Positions 25,624-36,742 are shown, numbered from the stretch's first letter. The stretch is 64,000 nucleotides of DNA from Macrostomum lignano (GCA_002269645.1 NIVC01001520.1:186001-250000), one strand, 5' to 3'. Numbers and translations are program-made. Notes: a model not told the origin generated them from the sequence alone.

Positions 25624-26638
25624 GCCTAGCCTTTGTCTGCCCTGGTTTGCAATAAATCAGTTGTTAATTTTCAGTTTATTTTTGTTTCTAATGCTTATGA
25701 GCTATTTGTTTTCGATCCAGTTTTGGATTAGTTGATATTGATATTGATAATATACCTCTATCGAAACATGATCAAACGTTAGCCTTTTGCTAAACTGCTT
25801 GTTTCCGTTTTGAGTTAGTTTACCAGCAATCTTAGCCACTTAGCAGGCCAACAAAATGCCAATCATAAAAAGCTCAATTATAATAGACTATATATTCTTT
25901 TTCTAGCACAGTTACCAAATAATCAGACAAACTTACAAGAGTCGCAGTTTTTTAGTTTGTAGTTTTCGAACAGTTGCCAACTAGCCAGCTAGCAACTATA
26001 TATTTCCAATGAAAACAAAACTCTGTACGGTCAGAATCCATTCATATTTTTCTATCATTTTTTTCTGCCCGAGCCAGTGGGAATGAACTTTATGGTCATT
26101 ACTGAACACCATTAATCAGCATGGGAGTCATCGCGAAAGTTGACCTGAACTTGAATCAACGAAAAAATGCACTCTTCGCTTTTAATAAATGTATTAGCTT
26201 TTAATAAATAATAAATTTATTGTCCTTCGCTTTCCTTTTAATTGCTAATGCTTGATAGCAGCAGAAGCCATAGTCTATGGTCATAACACCAGGATGACAA
26301 TGTATGATTATCGAGAGGTTATCGAGTGATTATCGACACAACTGCCATAGCGTCAAGGCCGAGACGCGGTAAGGCAGTTGTGTGTGAAGCGTTACCTCTT
26401 GATAGTGGAATTGTGTCTATTTTCGTCCAAAAACCAATTCAAAACGGCTAGGACACAACTTCCCAGACGGGAATTGTTCACTAAGCGATTCTAGGGATTC
26501 GTGTAATAGGCATTTTCCACTTGGCGCAAGCCAAATGATGGCCATAGACTAAACGTCTGGAACGAAAAGTTACGCGGAACAGCCTGAAATTATCATAGAC
26601 AAAACGTTAAATAAAGTTGTGGTCTTATAAGCTGGAAC

Positions 26639-27243
26639 CAAAGAGTATTGAGGTCGCCTAGTATAGAGTGCCAATAAAGATGAAAATCTGAAGCCGATTT
26701 TTAGAATCCACCCACCCCTCCGGTCACCAAGCTTTTTAGTCTATGGCGCAAGTTGTGGCTAGTACAAAGCCGATGCTCAGAAATATACATAGAGTGCATG
26801 AGAAAAATACAAGTAGCTAATGTAGCTGGACGAATACCATGTATGCTTAAAACGTCCTCAAGACTTTATTTCTGTATCCATACTGTAACCGTACGTACAT
26901 TGATTGCATTGTGTAAGGAGAAAATAAGTTGAGCAGGATTCTTGCAGCAGAGTCGGAAAGACAAAAACATAAGTGATAAACAGGCAGAGTGAAGGTGCAG
27001 CAGAGGGAAAAGCAAAAAACATAAGTGATAAACAGGCAGAGTGAAAGAAAACAGTACTATGAGCAAATAAGCAGGAAGTAATGTAGCAAACATGTCAAGT
27101 GAGAGAGGAGATGAGTCATAGCCTCTATGTATATTTCTGAGCATCAGCTTTGTACACCATTCTAGCCACAACTTGTGCCATAGACTAAAAAGCTTTAGTA
27201 TTTATTATCTGTGCTCTATACTAGGCGACCTCAATACTCTTTG
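26639..27243. mobile_element. MITE with long TIRs (P-element-like or hAT-like)
   Basis: Starts CAAAGAGTATTGAGGTCGCCTAGTATAGAG and ends with its reverse complement; inverted similarity extends >130 bp; perfect 8-bp TSD GCTGGAAC. Confidence 0.85.
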
Positions 27244-28776
27244 GCTGGAACTCTGCAGCAGAGGACACATGTTCCTGTTTCCTCCGTTTGCCCTAACCTC
27301 TATTCATGCCACTCATACGAATGATAAATTGGTCGAATTTGCCGATTGAAAGCATTTACGGCTTGAATGGAAATGAGGTCAACTTTCTCAGCGACTTGAG
27401 TATGGGTGGACGTGATGAGGCGGATGACAAAGAGTTGATGGAGTTCATCCGATTCATTGAATGCGGTAACGATGATGCTCTGCCACCACTGCCAAGCAAA
27501 GAAGAGGCTTGCCCCGAGGATCCCATGCGGAACAAACCATGCAATTCGGCCGATGTGAGTGTAACGTCTAAAGACATTTCTTATATAAATAAGACATTTC
27601 TTATTATTTTTCTTTTCGTACATGTATACAATCTGTTTATTCAGCTTTGTTGTATTGAATAAAGAATATCCTCGCAAACGCATTGATACAACAACAAAAT
27701 ACGTTGTCAAGATGGCAAAAGTCAGCGTCACAGGGCGCGCTTCATGGCTTGGGCGCGAACAAAGGCCGCGCCACCGGCAGTGTCCGGGGCGCCGGCGTCA
27801 GCCAGCAGACAGTCGACATAACGCCGAGTTCGCGCTTGACCTCGCCGGTAGGGTGCCTGCAGCGTGAGCAGGCATGGGTATATCCAAATACGAGCTATAA
27901 CCCGTTGGGAATATTCAAAGATGGGGGCGGCTTGACTATAGACTATTCGCAGATAAACAATCTGTTGTATTCCTGTTTCGATGCCTGAAAGGCGCGCAAA
28001 AATTTACTTAGTTCACAATTTCCGTCGACGCAGTCGTTTGTGGCCCAAACGAAACTAGGCACAATTGATCAAACAGGTAGTCATGTGCGATCTAATGGAA
28101 AAGTTCATATGGCCTTCATTCTGCATGGTAGACGACTAGCATCGCTAAGTTGATTAGAAAGTAAGCAGAACTGCCAGCAAAATGCTGTCTATGGTCAAAA
28201 GGGAAGTGACCGACTGCGCGAAAATGGCTTCACTTACTTTAGCTTTTGGCGATAGACAAGTATTTTGTTCGCACACCTGCGTACTTCATGGTTACGCCGG
28301 TCATTGCCACGCGTAGCCTGTAAGATGTGCTGCAGCCAAATTCAACAGTCGCCGAAAATCTGCACGAGTTCCCTCTTTCGCCTTCTTGCCAATCGCTTTC
28401 GGAGCGATTCTGACCGAATAAAAATAAGATCGGCTTCACTTTCTCAGCACTTGTTGGAATTCTATAATAGCGCGCGATGTTCTCTGGGTATAGCGTATAC
28501 GTTCGTCTACTTAGTTCTCTATGAGTGCATGAAGTACTCGTACTTAGAAGTAGACAGAGCATGATTCGAACCTGGCAATATATTTTCTACTATTCGTTTA
28601 CACAAAAATATTTAAGTAAACTTATACTACAGTAACTAATTCAGGTTTTCCCAACCGGTTTCATAAGTTGCGAGATATAGTTACTACTCGACATAGCGGT
28701 ACTAATAACAGTAAAAATAAGGAAACTGAATTCTCTACTGAAACCGAGCATTAATTACAGATCATTTTCTCCAACG

Positions 28777-29839
28777 CATAAGCGTAGGAACGTTTTAAAA
28801 AATGGGGGGGCAGGTTCAGTGGCGGATTAGGGGGGGGGGCGCACAGGGTGTACGCCCCCGTCGGGTTAGATTTTTTTATATGGAAAATGCACATTACTAT
28901 GTACCAATTATTTTCAGAATCCGTCTTGTCAGCACTCATTTTATAAAGCGCCACAGGCACTCATTTTTGCGCCGCAGGCACTCATTTTTGCGCCACAGGC
29001 ACTCATTTTAGCGCCGCAGGCACTCATTTTAGCGCCACAGGCACTCATTTTAGCGCCACAGGCACTCATTTTAGCGCCACAGGCACTCATTTTAGCGCCG
29101 CAGGCACTCATTTTAGCGCCGCAGGCCCTTATTTATTTTAGCTTATTTTAGCGCTGCAGGCACTCATTTTAGCGCCGTAGGCACTTATTTTACCGCCGCA
29201 GGCACTCATTTTAGCGCTGCAGGCACTCATTTTAGCGCCGCAGGCACTCATTTTAGCGCCGCAGGCCCTTATTTTAGCGCTGCAGGCACTCATTTTAGCG
29301 CCGCAGGCCCTTATTTATTTTAGCTTATTTTAGCGCTGCAGGCACTCATTTTAGCGCCGCAGGCACTCATTTTTGCGCCGCAGGCACTCATTTTTGCGCC
29401 ACAGGCACTCATTTTAGCGCCACAGGCACTCATTTTAGCGCCGCAGGCACTCATTTTAGCGCCGCAGGCCCTTATTTATTTTAGCTTATTTTAGCGCTGC
29501 AGGCACTCATTTTAGCGCCGCAGGCCCTTATTTATTTTAGCTTATTTTAGCGCTGCAGGCACTCATTTTAGCGCCGTAGGCACTTATTTTACCGCCGCAG
29601 GCACTCATTTTAGCGCCGCAGGCACTCATTTTGGCGCTGCAGGCACTCATTTTGGCGCTGCAGGCGCTATGTTTTGTTGCCCTGCAGCAAAATGCATTCA
29701 TGCAAAGCAGCAAAAAGCAAAAATTAGCAAGAAGTCTACATTTTACATTTAAAATGGGGGGCCAGATACCATTACTGGCCCCCATTTAAAAAGTGGAGGG
29801 GGGCCATGGCCCCACTGTCCCCCCGTTCCTACGCCTATG
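28777..29839. mobile_element. MITE with internal 21-bp minisatellite
   Basis: TIR CATAAGCGTAGGAACG / CGTTCCTACGCCTATG; perfect 8-bp TSD CTCCAACG; array GGCACTCATTTTAGCGCCGCA at ~28955-29665. Confidence 0.9.
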
Positions 29840-30376
29840 CTCCAACGGCTCATCGAATACCTACCGGTCGAGGACACACACATGTCAAATTCTTGTGGAT
29901 CACAGAGCTCGTATGCTCGTGGGCTTGTGTATGCTGGAAAACTGACCAGTGGGTTTTTCGTGCGATTCACAGCAATGAGGGCCAACCCCTCGAAACACAG
30001 AGTGCCCGACGATTCGAAAGTCGGAGCCGCTGTACACCCTGTGTGAGCGAGTGTATGAGTGAGTGTCTATTTAGAGTATGGGCGCGCTTGCATGTGCTGA
30101 GGAGTCAGCGAAAGAATTCAGCGCTGGTTGCGGGACGATGTTACCGAAGGCGTTGCGCCAGGGTGCCCGGGCGCAACCCTCCAGCGACTATTAACTGGAC
30201 AATCAGGACCCGGTCCAAATCGTAACCTGACGATTTTTAATCTACTTTATCACATAATTCATATGCTATAAAAGAGAAAATCAAGCAAACACCACGTTGC
30301 AAGAACCTGCACGGTACCTATACATGTATGTTACTGGAGTTTAATATTGTTGGTGCTAATAAACGGTCGAATTTGC

Positions 30377-31078
30377 TCATTTGAAATTCGGTGGCCGTCT
30401 GCTATAGTACACAGCGCAGCTGGGACTCTTCATAGCCAGCTTATTGCTTCCGTCGGTCAGTTGGCAGCAGGCCAAAAACGGACGGACATCCACCGACCAG
30501 TGGCCGAAGATGTCCGCTCGTCGATCCGATGTTCCGGCGCCAACCGTCGGGTCCGTCAGCAGCTGACCATGATCGTCGTAGCAGCACTGCTGCCTGGCCG
30601 ACGTTCCGTCAGGCAGCTCCAGCGGCCAGCTGCGCACGCAGAAGTCCGCCCCGATGTGGAAGCCGCAGTCTGGGCCGCCGCACAGCCAGGACTTCAGCCA
30701 GCTGGGTGCTGCTAGCCATGAGCCTGCATTCGTCGAACTAGACGCGGCGCCACGGCAGCAAAAGTCGCTCCGCCAGGTTCCATCGTTAACAGCAGCAGTA
30801 GCAGCGGCCGCATCGCTCGGACAAGGATAGCGGATGCGCAGCCGGTGTAGCCAGTCTGGCACAGTTTCCGAGGCGGCTTCGGCGCGGGCCCACTCGGAGC
30901 AACGATCAGTGGCGACGTCTGACTTGGGTGGAACTTTGTTGCAGTCGCTGTCGTCGCGGCTAGTACAGAAATCCTGCTGCTGCTGCTGCTTCTGCTCCTT
31001 GTGGAGGCTGCTAACAGAGGCTACAGACGTGGCTACCATGATGCAGCAAATCAGAATAGCGAGATAGTGCTTTGCCAT
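30377..31078 (-). CDS. Secreted stand-alone AMOP-domain (isthmin-like) protein, 233 aa, single exon
   Basis: Signal peptide MAKHYLAILICCIMVATSVA; AMOP hallmarks CSEW..E, YPCP, FCVRS, RQQCCYDDHGQL, GAGT, HWSVDVRPFLACC, CAVYYSRRP. Confidence 0.8.
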   Translation of the reverse strand: MAKHYLAILICCIMVATSVASVSSLHKEQKQQQQQDFCTSRDDSDCNKVPPKSDVATDRCSEWARAEAASETVPDWLHRLRIRYPCPSDAAAATAAVNDGTWRSDFCCRGAASSSTNAGSWLAAPSWLKSWLCGGPDCGFHIGADFCVRSWPLELPDGTSARQQCCYDDHGQLLTDPTVGAGTSDRRADIFGHWSVDVRPFLACCQLTDGSNKLAMKSPSCAVYYSRRPPNFK

Positions 31079-31337
31079 CGATGCAGACCGCCAGAGTTCT
31101 GCTGCGGAGATTCAGGCGGTTGTACAGCATTTTTTATTGAATTCATCAGAGATTTTTAACCGCCAGCCACTTTCCCATAGACATAGCCGCTGCTGTTCCC
31201 GCTCAGCCCCATACAAGGGAGAATAAGCCAGTTAAAAATCAAGAATCCAGAAAATAGAGAAAATAGAGCCAGACAAAGAAACCCCTGAATTTTACCCGTA
31301 GACGACTGGTAGATTACTCTATAGATTACTATATATA

Positions 31338-31730
31338 TTATTTGGTTGTAACAAGAGTTTCGAGCGTTTTTTTACTCAACTTTGAATTCATTTTTCCAAT
31401 CTCATAACAGTTTCTATTCCAGGATATAATCACGATCCTGATCAATGACCTGTTGCCATCTGGCGATGAGATCGTGAATTCCCTTCTTGATAATTCAAGT
31501 GGCAGCAATTTGAAGTATTGCTCGAGCCAGGCTTTCACCTCCTCGTCTTTTAACGTCACGCCATTTATGTGGTTCTGCATAGAGCGGAACAGGTGCAAGT
31601 GGTAGTCTGATGGCGCAAGATCAGGCGCAAGTATGGAGGGCGGGGCATGACTTCCCAGCCCAGCTCGAGCAGCTTCTGCAGTGTCTTTCCTTATTGAACT
31701 GCGCGAACCAGGCACGGCAGCGTTGCTCAC
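31338..31730 (-). mobile_element. Mariner transposase 3' fragment with TIR
   Basis: LGWEVMP.PP, PDLAPSDYHLHLFRSMQNHINGV (YSPDLAPSDYHLF motif, frameshifted); mariner-like TIR TTATTTGGTTGTAACAAGAGTTTCGAGCGTTTT at 31338. Confidence 0.85.
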
Positions 31731-32149
31731 AGTAAATATGCGCGAATGAGGTGACGTTGATCGTGTTGTTGCGTAGCCATTGTAGCTGAAGGTTTAGCAT
31801 ATCCAAGCGGATATACGCTAGTGCGCACACTCTTACGAGCGTAAATGCCCCCCATAGAACATTGTCGTTCTGCTGATTTACCTAATTGTGTCATTACTGT
31901 GCCAAATGTGCCGAAAAGGACAGCTGAGGACAATTAAAATGTGCTAATTGGCATAACTGGGGTAGTACAGTTGGCAGAATTGCAGATTTTGCTAGGACAA
32001 TCATTTCCCGCCGGGAGTACGAAGTACATTTAAGTCGATGATGGTGCGCCCATCATACTAAATATAAGAGATAGCCAATTTTGATTATATGAATCAGCAA
32101 GAAACTACATAGCTCGTAGATCAAGCGTTGTGCCCGCACCATACGAATG

Positions 32150-33950
32150 TGTACTTTTAAAGTTCAAGACTCATCAAAGCCTAATTCATCTATCCAGCTA
32201 GCTTTATTAGTACATAGCATATGTTAGTTCATACACAAACGCCTTCTTTGCCGTAGGCGCCTTCCGTTGGATCTGATGATGCCGCTGATCGTAGAATCTT
32301 GCAGTTGAATTGCAGACTTGCCGCCCAGTATGTAGGATTTCGGCTGGAGATGGACGCCAACAGGCATTGTCTTCGCGAACAAACCGACATCCTCAGGATT
32401 GTTTGCCACGTACTGGGTGCACAAGCTGCGTCGGGTGATCCGTTGCCCACCCTCGGACACCAGCCGACTAAATGCCTCACCCGACCGGGTCAAAAAAGCC
32501 TTGCCTCCGCAGCAGCACGTGGGACGCGACTACGCTTTTTTATCTTATAACAAAAAAATGTCACGAAACGCGGCGATATCGGAGCACAGTCGATTTGGTA
32601 AGGTCAGGCTGGCGCATTCAATGGTGCCTGTCTTTTTGTGAGGCACCTCCCGGATGGGCAGGCTGAAATGCGACTTTGGCGACGGCAGCGTCACTGCCAC
32701 CAGAGGCGGGAACCCCATCCCAGCGATGCGGCGACGGACGATGGGGTCGTCAAAGTGGAATTGATGAAGGCCAATTCAATCAATACTGCTGCTCCCATCG
32801 TTATTACCGCGCCTGATCGCGTCAGGCCGGAACCCTGTCTGCCCGACCACCAGCGGCATCCAGCAGCATGTCGCAGAAAGCCGGCCTCACAATGCATCCC
32901 TAACGATCGGCGTTCGGCGTCGTGAAGTGTCGCTTCTCGTAGGCTCGCTGGCGGGCAGCCTTGTCCAGCATGTACTCCGCTTAAAAGGCAAATTGGAGGT
33001 CGCCTGGCAGCGGTGCGCGGAGTCACCAGCTGACCACGAAGGGCAGCAATCATGGCCTGACGTTGGCGTTGTCCATCTGTCAAATCGTACAGCGTCGCGA
33101 TCCCGAGACTGCGCATGGCTATTGTTAAGCAGTTCATAGCGCCCTAGGCCGACCAGTCGCCGCCCCGCATGGATCCCGCGCTCTGACTTGCGGTCAATAT
33201 ACTCAATTAGTTTGCTATGCACCCTTGTAGCCAGCGTGGACTGGTTCCATCCCTTTCTGCCACTGCCGCAGCCGTCGCCGCCATTGTCGTCGTCATCGGA
33301 CTCGACGCTACTCGTCTGCTGTTCTGATGCAGCTGGCGCCAGACCCCTCCAGCACAAGCCGAAGGGTGCGGCAATGCTTGTGAAAGCGATGGGCAAGGCA
33401 CAGAATTTTTCTGTGTGTGACTCCAAAGAGCCAACCAGATGATGCTCAGACTCTCTAAGCTCTCTTCAATTGTTTTTGGAAGCTGCTGCGAAGTCGCCGA
33501 CTGCTCCTCCTCCGCTGCTGCAGCTGAACAAGCTGATCCTACTGCTGAGATGCCCGCGGCCAATGGGGCGGGAATGTGACTAGCTTCCATCGTCAGCCCA
33601 TTCAGATTGCGCTGCGTTACCTGTGCGTGGGTGAGTATACGGGCACAGAGAAGCTTTAGCAGGGCTCGTGCATGCCTGCTGGACTGGCTTACATGCACTC
33701 AGTCGGACACTCACCGGTAAAGTGTAAGCAGCGTCCACAGGCATTTGCTGCCCAACCATCTAAATCAGCGGTGGCCTCCAAGTGAGTGTAACTCATTCTG
33801 CATGGCGATGGTCCGCATGTCTGCCGCGGCTCTGATGACCATCGCATCCGGCGGTGTACAGAGCGAGACGCTCTGCCAAAATCTTTACCATCCCAACGAA
33901 AATGTACATGCACATTTTAAGATTAAAATCAATTAAAACTGCCTAAGCTG
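32150..33950 (-). mobile_element. Probable decayed tyrosine-recombinase (Crypton/integrase-like) element
   Basis: Frameshifted pieces in plausible order: VLIELAFINS, EVPHKKTGTIECASLTL, AFLTRSGEAF, RITRRSLCTQYVANNPEDVGLFAKTM, H..PKSY. Recognised by eye only. Confidence 0.45.
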
Positions 33951-35689
33951 GAAATGAAGCTTAATACTCAGTGCTGCCAGTCAGCCAAGGGTATGGAAAA
34001 CTTGAGGTTTCAGCCATAGACATTACTATACTGAAGAGCGTCTGTGACACAAACTCCAACCCATGGCTGATTGATTTAGTCGCACAGGACAGGCTGCGAA
34101 TTTGGGGTTTATACCATAAACTAAAAAGCAAGACTGCACCTGACATATATCCACTAGCGCTCGACCTCGGCCTCTGGCGTGGTGCAGACATTCAAGCGGA
34201 GAGTTTGCACCATTGACAAAAACCACTTTACCGATTGAGTTGGTAGAAAGTGGAGCCACTCGGGGCAAGCAAAAGGAGCCATTGACTCTTCTCGCAACTC
34301 TTTTCAGCTATACTATACTTCTGTGAGTGAGCGCGATTTGATGTTATATACTGTTACATTTGCTATACAACTATAGTGTCAACTATGATCGAAAGTCCAT
34401 TGCATTGCAGCAGTGGAGCTGTGCTACAGATTAATGGAATTGAAGCAGTTGAGAGGCACTTACTTGTCTTGAACTAATTAGTACGAGTAAATGGTGTCAT
34501 GAAGGCTGTAGCTACTCACTCATGCGCAATCAGCATCTCCTACCTAATTTGTGAAATTGAAAACACAAGCATTATCTAATTCTATCGTTTTTGCTATGTT
34601 TAGTAACATGTGCCTTTAAGTTTTAGAAGGCCGAATTTTGAAGGGTAGAAAATATACTTCCGGATTCCGGAAAGTTTGTTGCATAAATAATATACACGCG
34701 TGTATTCTGAGACTGTCTGTCAAGTAGATACAGTATATAATTAGTTGTTGAAATTTTAACATTATATACATGTACGTAGATGCGAGTGCAATGTAAAATA
34801 CGACAATGCTTACTTTTTTAGCGTCTCAAAGGCCAGTCGTATGTTATAAATCCACTGTCAAATCAATATTTTGATAGTTTGAAGTGCTTTCTTCTTACAG
34901 CTTTGGCCTTGAATAGTGTTTTGTTTTACAGAACAAGCTACGACTACGAGTGTATACTTTTTTCTATGCACCAAAACTGTACTCTACATGTCGAAGGCTT
35001 ACCAATAGACTATCTTGTACGCAGTAGCTGGCCCAGTGCTCTACAAAGCACAAGTATAGAGTTGGTCTGTACATTGGCATCTGCTTGCACACTGTCATAG
35101 TGCGATTTTGATAAAAAATGCATTTTGCATGTTACCTGCAAGCTTTCAGGTTGAACGGTAACTTATCTCTGCTGCTTTGTGGCTCGCTAAGTTTAGTTAA
35201 CGTTTAGCTGATCAAAATAGCAGGGCCAGTCTTGACGCAGTTCCCATATCCATTTTTATGCTTTTAAATCTCTCAAAAAGACGTCACGCACGCAGTCTTG
35301 AAATAGAATTCAATTATGCCATTCGAAATTGACGTTCGGGATTAAATTAGTCTCCAGGCATCTCCTATTTTTAATGCAGTTTAAACCTCAGTCGAGGCTG
35401 AGATAAACAAGGGGCTAAAATTGAAATGTTTGATTTCCAAAGATTACTGAGTCTGTCTAGCAGCAGACTGCTAAACTTGTGGCCTCATCTGGCATGAGTT
35501 TAATAGAATGAAAAAATTCAAATCTGTTGAATAATCTGATTTAATCAACTTTATCCAGTCAGAACCGGGAGGCAGAGGCGGCGGATTTGTGTTTATATTC
35601 GGCTGGCGTCCGACTACCGCAAGAGATTCTTCGCGCCGCATTCGGAAACCTGTAGGAAAAAGCATCTCAGCCACCCTTGAAGACAGAAG

Positions 35690-35767
35690 GTGAGTCCTAC
35701 TGTAGCTTCTGCCGCACTGCTTTCTGCATGAAGCCCATTCACACAGTGAAACTCGTCCCTCCCACAG
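35690..35767 (+). other. Putative 78-nt 5'UTR intron of the neuropeptide gene
   Basis: AAG|GTGAGT at 35690 and TCCCTCCCACAG| at 35767, 6 nt before the ATG. Confidence 0.55.
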
Positions 35768-35773
35768 TGAGAC

Positions 35774-36742
35774 ATGACTGCCCAGCTGGTTCGTCTAACT
35801 TGGCTGATTGCAGTGGCGACCATTGCCGCCTGTGCCATTCTCTGCAGGGAAGCATCGGGGACAACAATGCCGGCAGCGTCGCCAAACTTGCATGACTGGG
35901 AGGAGCAGGCAGGCGTTGATACGGAGCTCGACTTTAATAAGCGCGGCTTTATCAACAAGCGCAGCTTTATCAACAAGCGCGGCTTCATCAACAAGCGCGG
36001 CTTCATCAACAAGCGCGGCTTTATTAACAAGCGCGGCTTTATCAACAAGCGCGGCTTCATCAACAAGCGCGGCTTCATCAACAAGCGCGGCTTCATCAAC
36101 AAGCGCGGCTTTATTAACAAGCGCGGCTTTATCAACAAGCGCGGCTTCATCAACAAGCGCGGCTTTATCAACAAGCGCGGCTTTATCAACAAGCGCGGCT
36201 TCATCAACAAGCGCGGCTTCATCAACAAGCGCGGCTTCATCAACAAGCGCGGCTTCATCAACAAGCGCGGCTTTATTAACAAGCGCGGCTTTATTAACAA
36301 GCGCGGCTTCATCAACAAGCGCGGCTTCATCAACAAGCGCGGCTTTATTAACAAGCGCGGCTTTATCAACAAGCGCGGCTTCATCAACAAGCGCGGCTTT
36401 ATTAACAAGCGCGGCTTTATCAACAAGCGCGGCTTCATCAACAAGCGCGGCTTCATCAACAAGCGCGGCTTTATCAACAAGCGCGGCTTCATCAACAAGC
36501 GCGGCTTTATTAACAAGCGCGGCTTTATCAACAAGCGCGGCTTCATCAACAAGCGCGGCTTCATCAACAAGCGCGGCTTCATCAACAAGCGCGGCTTTAT
36601 CAACAAGCGCGACTACTTTAAAAAGCGAGGATTTTTTGATAAGCGGCAGGACGATCTGCTTTTCCCGATGAAGGTGCGAATGTGCGTCGCCTACGGCCTG
36701 TTCTGCGATCGCATCCACGTCTGGCCGTTCCAGCAGGGATAA
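35774..36742 (+). CDS. Achatin-family neuropeptide precursor (36x GFIN, 1x SFIN, 1x GFFD), 322 aa
   Basis: Hydrophobic signal peptide, acidic spacer, then 37 hexapeptide units (G/S)FINKR at 35945-36610, DYFKKR, GFFDKR and a C-terminal 2-Cys peptide. Repeat variation is synonymous except one unit. Confidence 0.9.
   Translation: MTAQLVRLTWLIAVATIAACAILCREASGTTMPAASPNLHDWEEQAGVDTELDFNKRGFINKRSFINKRGFINKRGFINKRGFINKRGFINKRGFINKRGFINKRGFINKRGFINKRGFINKRGFINKRGFINKRGFINKRGFINKRGFINKRGFINKRGFINKRGFINKRGFINKRGFINKRGFINKRGFINKRGFINKRGFINKRGFINKRGFINKRGFINKRGFINKRGFINKRGFINKRGFINKRGFINKRGFINKRGFINKRGFINKRGFINKRDYFKKRGFFDKRQDDLLFPMKVRMCVAYGLFCDRIHVWPFQQG

Noticed and set aside
35614-36718. Long alternative-frame and antisense ORFs (MKPRLL, DEAALV and TSAASS repeats)
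   Set aside because: By-products of the 18-bp repeat. Variation is synonymous only in the GFINKR frame, which also has a signal peptide and KR sites.
4548-36742. Functional link between PAH (Phe metabolism) and the Phe-containing GFIN precursor
   Set aside because: They are >26 kb apart on opposite strands with transposon debris between; nothing beyond coincidence supports a link.
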